The position numbers and the translations under genes are program-made. From Octopus sinensis (taxonomy: Eukaryota), in assembly GCF_006345805.1 (NCBI RefSeq), contig NC_043001.1, forward strand, positions 77,810,001 through 77,874,000: a stretch of 64,000 nucleotides of DNA, read 5' to 3'. Position 1 is the stretch's first letter. Each line of letters begins with the position of its first letter. A model generated the notes under the pieces. The model was given only the letters and a program-made list of their open reading frames with translations. It did not search any database and was not told the DNA's origin. Shown here piece after piece: positions 1 through 12,050 of the stretch.

Positions 1-680
1 CATCAGAAAAGGACAAGTGTAGAATTTGTGAACAAAATTGTGAAACCGTATGGCGTATTACCAGTCAATAAATGTCACGAGCCCAGAAAGAATATAAGAG
101 ATATCATAACAACACAGCAAGTATTGTCTATTGGACACTTTGTAACATGTATGGACTTGGCAGAGAAAAAGTGGTACGAACATAAACCCGGCGGCATTAT
201 CGAAATTGATAATACAAAGATCTTATGGGATTTTATGATTCAGTGCGTCCATGAGATAGAGAATAGGAAGCCAGACATAGTCTTAATTGACAAAGAAACC
301 AAACTATGCTGGATCATAGATGTAGCATGCCCAGCGGACAAGGTAAGCGATAAGGAAGAAAGAAAAGTAGATGGATATGATAGGTTAGCTTTGGAGGTTA
401 AGCCGTTGTGGTCGATGAAAAAGATGGTAGTAGTATCAATAATTGTCGGAACCCCGGGAACAATGAGTAAAAATCTTGAGAAGTACATGGAACAAATAGG
501 AGTTGCAATAAGGGTGGAGCACTTTCAGAAAACAACACTCATTGGAACCGCTCGCATACACCGGATGGTGCTCGAAGAAATATGGGATGTTTCCCTATTT
601 CAGTGGTAGTAAACAGTTGACTGTGTAGTACATCTCCAACGTTAGAAGCTGTGCAAAGACATCATAAAATTAATAATAAT
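1..680 (+). mobile_element. Dong/R4-clade non-LTR retrotransposon 3' end (CCHC knuckle + restriction-like endonuclease, 3' UTR, short TAA tail), degenerate
   Basis: Frame at 3 reads SEKDKCRICEQNCETVWRI..QKEYKRYHNN, then frameshifts into ORF 28-609 with KWYEHKP, ILWDF, RKPDIVLIDK (PD motif), IIDVACP; followed by TAATAATAAT at ~670-680. Confidence 0.85.
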
Positions 681-741
681 CACCCTTTCTACCATAGGCA
701 CAAAGCCTATAATAATTATTATTTCTACTATGGATACAAAG

Positions 742-1070
742 CCTGAAACAATATAACATCTCTTCTCGCGGTGTCCTGTGCTGACACCGAACGAATACAA
801 AAATCGCTACGATAGGGTAGGATAGTATTTGCATTGGAAAATATGTAAACGCTACAAAATCAGCACTCCTGCTTACTGGTATGAAGATCATCTTGAGCCA
901 GTCGTTGAAGGTAAAACTGTCACTATCTTCTGGGGTTTTGAAGTCATCACGGACAAAACGATCCAGGCTAATCGACCAGACATAGTAATTAAAGACTGAG
1001 AAGAAAATACTTCTAGACTAATAGATGTAAGTTTTCCCACTGATAAATATATATCTGTAAGGAATTTGAC
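742..1070 (+). mobile_element. Second Dong/R4-type endonuclease fragment (pseudogenised)
   Basis: Manual translation ETI*HLFSRCPVLTPNEYKNRYDRVG*YLHWKICK..WYE..IFWGFEVITDKTIQANRPDIVIKD..LIDVSFP, with stops. Confidence 0.8.
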
Positions 1071-1076
1071 AAATTA

Positions 1077-1216
1077 AGTACTTAATTTATCGACTCGGAA
1101 AGAATGAGATGCAATGTCGACCTCGGCGGAATTTCAACTAGTAATGTAGTGGCAGACGAAATACCGCTAAGCTTTTTGCCCGATGTGCTAACGATTCTGC
1201 CAGCTCACCGCCTTCA
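1077..1216 (-). mobile_element. tRNA-headed SINE, family A (5' part)
   Basis: Matches other copies in the window (33936-34118, 6275-6470): GTACTTAATTTATCGAC..GTCGACCTCGGCGGAATTT..GCTAACGATTCTGCCAGCTC. Confidence 0.8.
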
Positions 1217-1277
1217 TAATAATAATAATATAATAATAATAATAATAATATAATAATAATAATAATAATAATAATAA
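1217..1277 (+). repeat. (TAA)n microsatellite
   Basis: Near-perfect AAT array. Confidence 0.95.
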
Positions 1278-1540
1278 CCTGAAAACAGAAACAATTCCTA
1301 TCATAGTAGGTGCATTAGGCATGATAAAAAAATATTCAGACAAATACATAACAAAAACACCAGGACTTACGAACACATATAACATACAGAAAATTGCACT
1401 ACTAGGCACTGCACACATCCTACGCAGAACACTATCCATACAATAACCATCAGAGCATCACAACAAATCACAGCACATACCCAAGGCACACAGAGCTGCG
1501 CTCGGTAGTGAAGTGAAAGCACGCTATAAAAATAAAACTA

Positions 1541-1543
<3 letters not shown>
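1278..1543 (+). mobile_element. Dong/R4-type extreme 3' end, third family
   Basis: LKTETIPIIVGALGMIKKYSDKYI..IQKIALLGTAHILRRTLSIQ* (stop 1444-1446), 3' UTR, then (AAT)n. Confidence 0.85.

Positions 1544-1632
<89 letters not shown>
1544..1632 (+). repeat. (AAT)n array (LINE tail/target)
   Basis: Near-perfect AAT array between two LINE fragments. Confidence 0.95.
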
Positions 1633-1634
<2 letters not shown>

Positions 1635-2325
1635 CTCAGTAGGCATGATAGAGGCACAATATATTCACTGGGTAATTTGCAAAAACCTGGATTTGCCCCA
1701 TGAAAAAAACTGGTGGGAACACAATCCATCCCCTGTGCTTGAAAATGACCACATCTCACTCCTCTGGAACTTCACCATTCAAACTGACAGGAAGATAGAT
1801 GCAAATAGTCCAGACATTATATTGAAAGACTTCAGACAAAGAACATGCCTCCTCATTGATATGACTGTCCCAATCGATATACACGTATCTGTCAAGACCT
1901 ACCAAAAACTGAGCAAATATAAAGATCTTGAAATAGAAATCAGCAAAATGTGGAAGCTGAAGACTAAAACAATACCTGTTGTCATAGGTGCCCTAGGAAT
2001 GATAGCGAAAGGGACTGATTGCTACCTAACTCAGATACCAGGAAACCCCAAAATGGCAGAAATTCAAAAGATAGTGCTCATGGGAACTGCTCATATCCTA
2101 CGCAAAATACTCTCTATGTAATCCCAAGGTTTAAAACAAAATCTTTCTTTTTATTTTTTATTTTTTTTTATGTATTAGACATTCACTAGTACAACACCAA
2201 AAAAAAGGGGAAAAAAACCCCCCCCCCAAATATATGGCACAGAACTTCCAACCTGTTGTCTCTTGAGGTCTCTGGGTGAGACTTGGAGCCAACTTGTACA
2301 GACATAAAGCAAAAGTCAAACATAG
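1633..2325 (+). mobile_element. Dong/R4-type 3' end with open endonuclease ORF (1645-2121) and 3' UTR
   Basis: YIHWVICK, WWEHNP, LLWNFTIQTDRKIDANSPDII, KLSKYKDLEIEISKMW, PVVIGALG, GTAHILRKILSM*; ends in (AAT)n. Confidence 0.9.
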
Positions 2326-2368
2326 AATAATAATAATAATAATAATAATAATGATGATGATGATGATG

Positions 2369-2411
<43 letters not shown>

Positions 2412-2437
2412 TAATAATAATAATGATGATAATGAGG

Positions 2438-2483
<46 letters not shown>

Positions 2484-2540
2484 TAATCATTATTATTATT
2501 GTTATTATTATTGTTATTATTATTATTATCATCATTATTA

Positions 2541-2600
<60 letters not shown>

Positions 2601-2757
2601 GAAGAAGAAGAAGAAGAAGAAGAAGAAGAAGAAGACGAAGAAGAAGAAGAAGAACGACGAAGAAGAAGAAGAAGAAGAAGAAGAGAAGAAGAAGAAGAAG
2701 AAGAAGAAGAAGAAGAAGAAGAAGAAGAAGAAGAAGAAGAAGAAGAAGAAGAAGAAG
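2326..2757. repeat. Compound microsatellite (AAT/GAT)n - (TTA)n - (GAA)n
   Basis: AAT to ~2488, reverse-complement TTA ~2489-2600, GAA 2601-2757. Confidence 0.95.
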
Positions 2758-4345
2758 GAACAACCTCAGAAAATACCGGAATAGCTCATGGAAGTGAAAC
2801 GGCAAACCCACAAAATTATAGACTGATAACTTGTCTCCCAGCAATTTAAAAAGCCTTTACTGCAATAATATCGCAGAGAATGGACAAACATCTGGTAAAA
2901 AAACAACCTGTTTCCAGAAGAGCAGAAGGCACGTTGGAAGGGTTCATACGGATGTAAAGATCAGCTATTGATCAATAAAGCCATAACTGAAGACAGTCAT
3001 AGGAAAAAGAAGGGTCTCAGCCATAGCTCGGATCGGTCATCGAAAGGCTTTTGATAGTATTCCCCACATATGGATTCCAGAAACACTTGCCATGAACAAG
3101 TTAGCACCCATAATTATAAAATATATAAACATTCCATGAATAAGTGGCAAACAGTGCTACGGCTCCAGACAAAAGACGGTCTCATAAAAATCAAAGCCGA
3201 CCCCATTAGAAAAGGAATTTTCAGGGAGATGCGCTGTCACCACTCCTTTTCTGGTTGGCTCTGACACCTTTATCTGCTATGCTAAATAGAATTGATTGTG
3301 GATACAACTGTTACGACAAAACAATCAACCATCTCTTGTATATGGATGATTTAAAACTGCATGCTACAAATGATAAACAGCTGGAAACATTACTACAGAC
3401 AGTACATGGATTTACCAAAGAAATAAACATGAAATTTGGCTTAGAAAAATGTGCCACAACAATTTTGAAAAGAGGAAAACTAGTTAAGAGTAACAGCATC
3501 ACAGTAAATGAAATAAGAGAATTAGACCAAAGCCAGACATACAACTACTTAGAAATCAATGAACTAGATACGATAAAACACACACAAATGAAAGGGAAGA
3601 TAAGAAAGGAATACTATAGATGAGTTAGATTAATACTGAAAACAGAGCTCAATACGAAAAAGAAGATAATTAACATCAATACTCTAGCCATCCCAGTTAT
3701 AAGTTACAGCTACAATATTCTTAAGTGGACTCTAAATGAACTAATGAAAATAGACAGAAAAAAACAGGAAAAACAATGACAGGATTTAGGATGCACCATC
3801 CAAAATCTAACATAGAAAGATTATATATACAGCGTATCAAAGGTGGTAGAGACCTTACACTGCTAGAAAATTATTACAAAATGACCACCATAGGATTACA
3901 GAAATACCTACTATAGAAGGAAGGAAAACTGATACAGACAGCCACAAAACACGAACAAAACAAAAAAAATGTTTTTCGTATTTAAGGAATCTGACAAATA
4001 CAAAAAAGAAGTCATAGTACCTAACAACTATGAAGAAAAACACAAATAACAAAAGCTGTATGACAACCGAAATCCAAACTAAAACTGGAACAACAACGGA
4101 TCATGATATAACGATGACAAAATAACTCTCCTACCTGGCAAATATTTGGTTAAGCTAAACAGAAAAGAAATAGACAAAGTAGAATCACAACAATGGTTGA
4201 GAAGCTTATAACTTAACGCAAAGACTGAAGAATTTTTAATTGCAGCACAAGATAAAAGCCTTCCGACCAGAAATCACCAAAGACACACAAGGAAAAGAAA
4301 TACAAGTAATTGCAGAATATATGGTGATGGAGAAGAAACAATAAA
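2758..4345 (+). pseudogene. Dong/R4-type reverse transcriptase region, frameshifted, ending in a CCHC knuckle
   Basis: NYRLITCL, KGSYGCKDQLLINKA, KAFDSIPH, GIF.GD..SPLLFWLALTPLS, HLLYMDDLKL (YMDD at 3339-3350), GLEKCA, MHHPKSNIERLY, LIAAQDKSLPTRN, CRIYGDGEETINH. Confidence 0.9.
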
Positions 4346-4500
4346 TCATAAAAGAGCTCCTACAAAAAGTTTGTCTCTTAGGTATAGTAAGGATTATCAG
4401 AAGGGTTCTAAGCACTTGCAAGACTGCTGAAAATTTTTGGACACCTGAGGTTACATCCACATAAAATCTAGCAAGAATAAACCTAAGCCAAACTAAAATA
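4346..4500 (+). mobile_element. Dong/R4-type terminal ORF remnant and 3' UTR
   Basis: ELLQKVCLLGIVRIIRRVLS resembles the QKIALLGTAHILRRTL ending of the neighbouring copies; the endonuclease core is missing between 4345 and 4346. Confidence 0.6.
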
Positions 4501-5043
4501 ATGATAGTAATAGTAGTGGTAGCAGCAGTAGTAGCAGTATTTATTTAAATCGTTTTACTTGTACTCTCTGAACGGTCATGTCTCACTCTGCTCGAGGAAA
4601 AACTTATTTTGATTCCAGGATTAAGAATTATGATTCCATTCCTGGGACTGTGGAAACGTTCTTTATTTTTTTTCTAGATATTTTAAACTGTTTCCTCGTT
4701 TTCCCCATCCACCCAATGGCAATGTTTACACATATTGCAAGATTGTAGCATGAAAACTTGCAGGTATCTAAGTTGAAACAAAGTCACTTACATAATAAAA
4801 GAAAAAAAAATATTGCGTGTTGGAAGAATTAGGCTTATGGGAAAGGAAACAATATGAATAGCAACAGTAATATAAAACAGCAATAACAAGACCACCATCA
4901 CCACCACCACCACCACCACCACCACCACCACCACCAACCACCACCACAACAACAACAACAACAACTACAGTAACACCAATAACTACAGCAAAATGTCATT
5001 TTCAGAGTTCTCGGTCAAAAGATGAAACTTTGATTGAGTAAGC

Positions 5044-5272
5044 TTAAATCTTTAACGTTTAAACTGGTCATATCCAGCCCTAACATTCTATCTGTTCTAT
5101 GTTCGGACCAGCCAGATTCGGCCTTTCACACCATACCATGTCATTCTAAGAATATACAATCACATCATCAAAATCTCAAAGCTACGAGATAATGAATGAT
5201 TAATTCAAAACAATGTGAATTCAAAGCATGAACTTTACATTTGACAGAATAATCAGAATGCTACAGGTTTAA
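5044..5272. mobile_element. Probable piggyBac-type MITE, diverged
   Basis: TTAA at both ends; terminal 12-mers match only 8/12 as inverted repeats; the interior resembles an octopus repeat I recall, not verified. Confidence 0.35.
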
Positions 5273-5870
5273 AGAGGAATCGCCATTTCTCAACAATGTA
5301 CGAAGTGATATCAAATATTTCCCAGACTAGTTCTGCATGACGCCAACAGATGGCATCACACGGTTGCATGCGCAGTGAGAGATAGCAGTGACCTTCTTGA
5401 GGTAGTGTGCCGAGTGATAGCGCTGTGTTTACTTCGCAAGTTGTGAGATCTGTGTTTTCGTGATCATATGTATACTGTAGTCTGCGATTTCGTCATGGAC
5501 AGGAACAAAGAGCCAAGGTGGAAGGGGCCTCCGGAAATACTTAGGTTACAGACTGGGATATTAACAAGGGATTCGCTGTTTTGTATGTCGTACTGCTACT
5601 GATTTTTGCAGAATACCACCGGTTAAAACTAAAATAAATACCAGAGCAGCATGAAATGAAACGGGTGTGATTTAATTTTTCAGCACATGGCAATCCAGAG
5701 CTGTGGACAGCAGTAATTTCCCGTAGTTTAGAGGTTGAAGATGACAGAAAATTGTGGGGGTGGGGCAGAGAGAAGAAAAGAGGGTATGCGAGTGCAGAAA
5801 AAAATTGAACAAGATGTGAGTCTGAACTAAACGTTGATACGAAACGCAGACTGCATTCTCTTTCATCTAG

Positions 5871-5954
5871 AATAAGACGAGTCAACTACTTAATAATTGA
5901 TGTTGAAATGGGTATATTCATACCAGAAGACTCGGGATCAGTATTTCTGGTAGG
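5871..5954 (+). CDS. Candidate internal exon (84 nt, phase 2-2), unknown product
   Basis: Acceptor ATTCTCTTTCATCTAG, donor AGG|GTGAGT, single open frame IRRVNYLIIDVEMGIFIPEDSGSVFLVG; no homology recognised. Confidence 0.2.
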
Positions 5955-6274
5955 GTGAGTAGGTATGGGGGCTAAGAAGCGAGCGGGACAAATTGCTATA
6001 TTTAATGAAATTATGATGGTTATTAATTTTTACGTTTATTCAGCACCATTGTGCAGAAATTCATTGTATACTAATCGGTATTAGTGGCTACAGTTGGCGT
6101 TGTTTAATCTCTGAGGGATTTTTGATGTAGCAGATCAATAACGTAACAGGTTCCAGCTGTAACAATCCCGTCTTTTATTCGGACATAGTCTATTGATGCA
6201 AACTCTATTTTCTTCTATTTATTACTGAACATACCGGGACGAAAAAATGTTCGGTAATATTTTAAGTGTGGCAA

Positions 6275-6470
6275 GGCGGGCAGCTGGGAGAATCGCTAAC
6301 ATGTCGATCAAAATGCTTGGAGGTATTTCTTCCCTCCTCAAGTTCTGAGTTCAAATTCCGCCAAGGTCGACTTTGCCTTTCATCCGTTCAGGAATGCTAG
6401 GGCAGATGTTACCGAGTTAGCACTCCTCTAAAATTGTCGGTCATGAACAAGAATTTGAAACCAATATTTT
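6275..6470 (+). mobile_element. tRNA-headed SINE, family A
   Basis: A-box-like GGCGGGCAGCTGGGAGAATCG, B-box-like GAGTTCAAATTC (~6348), then GGTCGACTTTGCCTTTCATCC. Confidence 0.8.
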
Positions 6471-6879
6471 AACGTGTGGTGATAATATTTGCCAGTTGGA
6501 GAAGTACTGCCCAAGTGGACAAATAAAGATCACAAAAGTGAAGCAAATGAAGTACAGCACATTTATCCTTGACTGAGTTTACAAATCAGGGTAGTTATAC
6601 ATACTGTCAATTTATGAATACACATATGAAGGAAAACAGTTTTGCAATACATGATGATACTGTAATATTTTTATCAGGTATGGCTAAGAAATGTATGAAT
6701 ATCTTTACAGAAATAGCTGTCTATTACACCATTTATGTCAATTATAATAGACACATTTCTTATGTGTCAAAATGTCTTCAATTCAAAAGCTATGTCAAAG
6801 TGTTTTCTTAGCTTTCCAGCTTGATTCTGCATAGTATTTCAGGTCTTTTTACATTTCTTTCAAGGTCTACGAGTGGTTT

Positions 6880-7035
6880 TATGAATAAGAAGCTCGCTTT
6901 GAAGCCACGTGGTTTCGGGTTTAGTACAACTACACGGAGAATTTGAGGACGTGTCTTCGTTAGAGCTTCGAGCCAACCAACTCCATGCGAATGAATTTCG
7001 TAGACGGAAACTCTGTGGAGAACAATGTGTATATG
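6880..7035 (+). mobile_element. SINE family B, degenerate 5' part
   Basis: Similar to 41035-41200 (CCACGTGGTTTCGGGTT..GTAGACGGAAACT). Confidence 0.55.
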
Positions 7036-7149
7036 TATGTATTTATATATACACAAGGTCAGATGGTTAAATTGTCGCCATTTTATATTTTTAGTTTCGC
7101 GCTTGCGCATCGTTTGCTGTTGGTTTTGTCGACTACACAGTATAGTAGG

Positions 7150-7320
7150 GTCAGTTGGGCGCCATCTGTGAAAAAAGCAGCACTATGACGCAATTCACTT
7201 TGCCATGAATTTGGAAACGACATGCTATATTGCTTGGCATTCGCGCCAAAAGCTCCAATGCGGAAATTTCAGAATTTTTGTGTGTCAATCTGAAAACAGT
7301 GCAATCTGAGGACATTGCAG
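7150..7320 (+). mobile_element. Possible Tc1/mariner-superfamily 5' relic
   Basis: CGCCATCTGT motif, then MTQFTLP*IWKRHAILLGIRAKSSNAEISEFLCVNLKTVQ (HTH-like N-terminus with a stop). Confidence 0.35.
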
Positions 7321-7602
7321 TCTGAGGATATGTACCGAGAGTGATAAAATATATATAGTGTGTGTGTGAGTGCGCCTTCGTGTGTGTCTATGTGCATGTC
7401 ACTATTTTTAATGGCCGCTTGTGTATAATTTCAGCCTCAAAATGTCGATCTGTATCAACCTTCTATGCTTTCTAATAACACATCCGCTTTAGCATACCAA
7501 CATAAACATTTCAGGCTAACAATATATCATACCAATCTCTTCCTTGCAATTGTTAATCTTCTACAAAACTAGAACCAGATTTGGCAATTTTACTACTACC
7601 TC

Positions 7603-7906
7603 TTGTTTGTTCCTTCTTGAATCATGCCTGTCTCATACGGGCTGGTTTCCCGGTTTCCTTGGCGTATAGGTTCCCCACCTGGTCGGCACGCCGCTCCGTC
7701 GCAGGTGAGCTGCAAGATGCATGATGAAAGAGCGAGAGAAAGTTGTGGCGAAAGAGTCAGCAGAAGTTCGCCATTACCTTCTGCCGGAACCGCGTGGATC
7801 TTAGGTATTTCGCTCATAAACACACACATCACCCGGTTTGAGATTCGAACTCGCGATCCCTCGACCGCGGGTCCGCTGCTCTAACCACTAGGTCATGTGC
7901 CTCCAC
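7603..7906 (-). mobile_element. tRNA-headed SINE family C, full length
   Basis: Minus strand begins GTGGAGGCACATGACCTAGTGGTTAGAGCAGCGGAC..GGGATCGCGAGTTCGAATCTC (A and B boxes); shares CACAACTTTCTCTC core with 19381-19673. Confidence 0.9.
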
Positions 7907-8152
7907 ACTACTACGTTTTACAATATGAAAGGCATTAGTCACCTTGCAAAATAATTTAATCAAACATATTAAGTTTCTCCGCATCCAAATTCCCTCTCAC
8001 AGAACCGATATTGCGCCCACTTGTTGTTAATAAGCAAATCGCCCTTCTTGACTGCATACCATAACTTTGTCGAGATCTCTCATGAGCAATTTCAAGCCCG
8101 CAGGAGATTTTGAATAGAATACCTAACGAATCATTCCCTTCCTAGTTTTTAG

Positions 8153-8227
8153 GACCGCTGCCTGCTTGATGATGTTCATGTCTGTTCTAAACCCATGTTA
8201 TTTGGGAAGAAAATCACTGTTGTCCAA
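8153..8227 (+). CDS. Candidate internal exon (75 nt), unknown product
   Basis: Acceptor CCCTTCCTAGTTTTTAG, donor CAA|GTAACA; two open frames (DRCLLDDVHVCSKPMLFGKKITVVQ or TAACLMMFMSVLNPCYLGRKSLLS). Confidence 0.15.
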
Positions 8228-8651
8228 GTAACACACACATGCCTATCATATACACACAAATTCACATGTAAACACGCGTACAACTCTCATCAAAATACAA
8301 AACCAAATCAGTATGTAAAAAATACATTCTCACTCAATCCATGTCATTATACAGGCAACGACTTATACAAGTCTGATGCAAACCCACCAGCTATAAATAC
8401 GACAGATATGTTCAATTCTGAAGTAGTTCTGGATTTCCTAGGGGAACTACTAAATCACTAACCATTGCGAGGTATTGAATTCGCAAAAACGTACAATAAA
8501 TTTTTGCTTTACGTATGTATTGAAGCCTTGATTTTTACTTGTACCAGTGCATGGTACATAATATGTAGTACAGATTACTTAGTCTTCTTCCTCTGTCTCA
8601 TTCGCTCTAACTGTCTGTCAGTCTGTCTGCCTACATGTCCGTCTATCTCAG

Positions 8652-8684
<33 letters not shown>

Positions 8685-8704
8685 CACTGTATATATATAC
8701 ATAT

Positions 8705-8746
<42 letters not shown>

Positions 8747-9098
8747 TGATAGATAGATAGAATATACAAGCACACATTCCTACATAAAAGGTGCACAAAC
8801 ATACATATGAATTAATATATAAAAGTATCTTAATATATACATACATACATACATGCATACATGCATACATACATACATACATACATACATGCATGCGTAC
8901 ATATACAGACACACGCACACGTAGACACAAAGACACGCATTTATATATATATATACATACAGTCATATGCTGGCATAAATGTATGCATACGTATATACCA
9001 GAGTTTCTATATATGTGTCTTTCTTTTTGCACATACTTATACATGTGTGTTTATGTGTGTATATACATATATTTATATGTATATGCACATAAATATGC

Positions 9099-9151
<53 letters not shown>

Positions 9152-9502
9152 TGCTTCTGAACGCTTGAATGTGTCTCTACCGATGCATCTTTCATTATAT
9201 AGATGTGATCGAATATTCTAATTACATGACAAAGAAATATAATATATGTCTTTATGCTAGAATGCCTGTGACAGCATTAATGTGAAATTCGATCTAATCA
9301 CCGTTGATAGATTGTTCATCATGCACGTCTTTGTGAACACGAATCTTCCGGAGATTGAAACCCGAGCCAAGGCTTCATCCGAGCCGTACTGTTTTAAATA
9401 TTTCTTTCTTTGAATAGCTAATAATTTTTATAACGAAATACTTTTGCTGCATGCAAATTCAAAGAAGAGCAATAAAAGTTTCTCCCCCATTCTTTGTTTG
9501 CC

Positions 9503-9546
<44 letters not shown>

Positions 9547-9734
9547 GCCCCCATCTCTCTCTATCTATCTATCTATCATATTACCTCTCTATTTCCACCA
9601 CTCTATCTCTCTGTCCCTACCTTGCTATTCCTTTATGTGTTCGTGCATTCATGCATGTATATACGTACATACGTGAGTACGTACAAATGAATATGTGTAG
9701 GCATGTATTAATGCATCTATCTATTTATCTATCA

Positions 9735-9799
<65 letters not shown>

Positions 9800-10260
9800 A
9801 CTATCTATCTATCTATCTGTCTGTCTGTCTTGTTATTTCGCTACCTCAGTGCCTACACCTCTTGTACTTCTTTCCCAGTCTCTATACTATATTGTCTCTG
9901 CCTCTTATATTCTCTAGCACTTTCTAGCACACCTCCAGCATGTAGTTGCATTCTCTGTCTCATCATCTCACTCACACTCTTTCCCGCTGTCTGTATATAT
10001 GAGAAAAGTATAGACAGACATATATACATAGATGTATTATCAAATATAGCTTTGATATACATGTGGAACGATAAAAGAAATCTCTAAACTACGAGTATAG
10101 TGATAGAGATCCTCAGTTCAAATTCTCTGGACATTGATAAAAATTATTAAAATTTAATATGCCAATGAATTTTGAAGTAATAAAATCATTTATACCTGAA
10201 ACAATTACAGGAGTATAAATAGTAGCTTTCTTAATTTACAACTATATTCCAGATCCATGC

Positions 10261-10343
<83 letters not shown>

Positions 10344-11930
10344 CAGCGCCTCCGTCGTGGGACGCTGGACCGACGGCCCGGTTGAGTTGCTCGGGGTCTG
10401 GTTTGGTCCGGACCTCCAAGTGGAGAAGAACTGGAACGAGATAACGAGTAGGGTGGTCACTCTCGCCCGGCAATGGGCCGAGAGGAAACTGTCCCTAAAA
10501 GGTAGGGCGGAGGTGGCGAACACGTACATCGCGTCCGTCATCTACTACCGCCTGACCGTCGTACCTTGTCCCGACCCTACCATCACCAAACTACAACGCA
10601 TTCTCTTTCGCTTCTTGTGGAAAGGATGCGTCCCGATGGTCAGGCGATCCATTTGCTGTCAACACCCGTTAAAAGGAGGGCTGGGCATGCCGTGGTTGAT
10701 GATGCGCAGACACGCGCTGAGACTGCGACATCTCTGGCTCTATGTAGACGACGGTGAACAGGTGTGGTCGCCGTTTGTGAGGCACGCTTTCCCGCAGCCC
10801 GTCTCCATGACCGAACTGCAGTCGTGGATCAAAAAGAAGGCCGAGGAAGGGCGAATGGCACCGCGAGTGCGCGTTGCTCTCAAGCAACTCTGCCGTCCTG
10901 GGTCGACCTTGAGTGACTTCAACACAACCAAAGCATTCTATAGGGGTTTAGTGGAGGGGAGGTACGACGACGAGCTCGGGGCGAACCTGGACGTCAACGA
11001 GGAGTACCTGACCCGCCTGTTCAGGACGACTTTCGGGCCAGGGCCCATGGACAACTTCCAGAGATCGCTGGCCTGGCAGTGCTACCGAGAAGCGCTACCC
11101 GTTCGGGATAAGCTCTACAGACACGGCTCGAGAAACACGGGGCCGACCTGCCCGAGATGCGGTCAGAGAGACGAAACCGTTCTGCACGCACTCGTCCAGT
11201 GTCCAACAATTTCCGACCTGTGGGCTTATGTCGAACAACTGCTGTCACGTGTGGGAAGAGTCGGTTTATCAGCTGAGTCTATCGTCAATATTGTCACGCC
11301 TCCTTCCTTCAAACGGGAAGGAAGAGCTATTTTCATCATCCTTGTGGCTATGGCGAAAGAATGTATCTGGTGGAAACGTCTGAAAGGATTGGAGACAAAC
11401 ACTTTCCTCTCTGGTCAATCTCTCATCAACTTCTTCAAGTACCACTTGAAAAGGAAAGTGAGAGTAGAGAGGCAAGTTTTGTCTAGCGAATGTTTTAAAA
11501 AAAGATGGGTGAATGTAGCAAGAATGGCACGTATGAATGACGAAGCCACCTTGAGCATGATCCTATGAACCCAGAAATTGAAAACAGAGAGTTGCTTATT
11601 CGCAAAAAAAAAAAAAAAAGAAATATAACATGTGACTCCATTGACCGAGGTTACCGTGGTCTTTTCGTAGGCTTTTCTTTCCACGGGTAAACCTCACCTG
11701 TCCTCCCCTTTACACTTCATATTGAGTTTCTGTGATACACGATCCCTATTGATCAATTTTTTTTTCTCTCCTTTTTTTTAACACCCCCTTTTTTTGTCCT
11801 CTTTCTCTCCTTTTACGATCCCTTTTGATCGAAACTCCCCCTTCCTTTTCTTTTTTTTAAACCTTCAAAAGAAAACTCTACCTTGTAATTTGTTCTATCT
11901 GTGTGCAGCCCTGTGTGGCTAATAAAGAAA
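10344..11930 (+). mobile_element. Tx1/L1-clade non-LTR retrotransposon, 5'-truncated, with 3' UTR and AATAAA
   Basis: GC-rich island between (CTAT)n arrays; ORF runs from the junction; pyrimidine-rich UTR; AATAAA at ~11920. Confidence 0.85.
10357..11568 (+). CDS. Tx1/L1 ORF2 C-terminal part (RT thumb + zf-RVT)
   Basis: ELLGVWFG, LSLKGRAEVAN, LKGGLGMP, CYREALPVRDKL, CPRCGQRDETVLHALVQC. Confidence 0.85.
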   Translation: MGRWTDGPVELLGVWFGPDLQVEKNWNEITSRVVTLARQWAERKLSLKGRAEVANTYIASVIYYRLTVVPCPDPTITKLQRILFRFLWKGCVPMVRRSICCQHPLKGGLGMPWLMMRRHALRLRHLWLYVDDGEQVWSPFVRHAFPQPVSMTELQSWIKKKAEEGRMAPRVRVALKQLCRPGSTLSDFNTTKAFYRGLVEGRYDDELGANLDVNEEYLTRLFRTTFGPGPMDNFQRSLAWQCYREALPVRDKLYRHGSRNTGPTCPRCGQRDETVLHALVQCPTISDLWAYVEQLLSRVGRVGLSAESIVNIVTPPSFKREGRAIFIILVAMAKECIWWKRLKGLETNTFLSGQSLINFFKYHLKRKVRVERQVLSSECFKKRWVNVARMARMNDEATLSMIL

Positions 11931-11973
11931 CATATCCTACTATCTATCTATCTATCATCTATCTATCTATCTA

Positions 11974-12050
<77 letters not shown>

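Noticed and set aside
5330-5520. Possible mariner 5' end (CGCCAACAGATGGC..MDRNKE)
   Set aside because: Too short, with no TIR or continuing ORF.
7840-7906. SINE heads (also 19620-19673, 41035-41100, 43690-43750) as tRNA genes
   Set aside because: They have A and B boxes but continue into SINE bodies and I found no paired acceptor stem; tRNAscan-SE would be the formal test.
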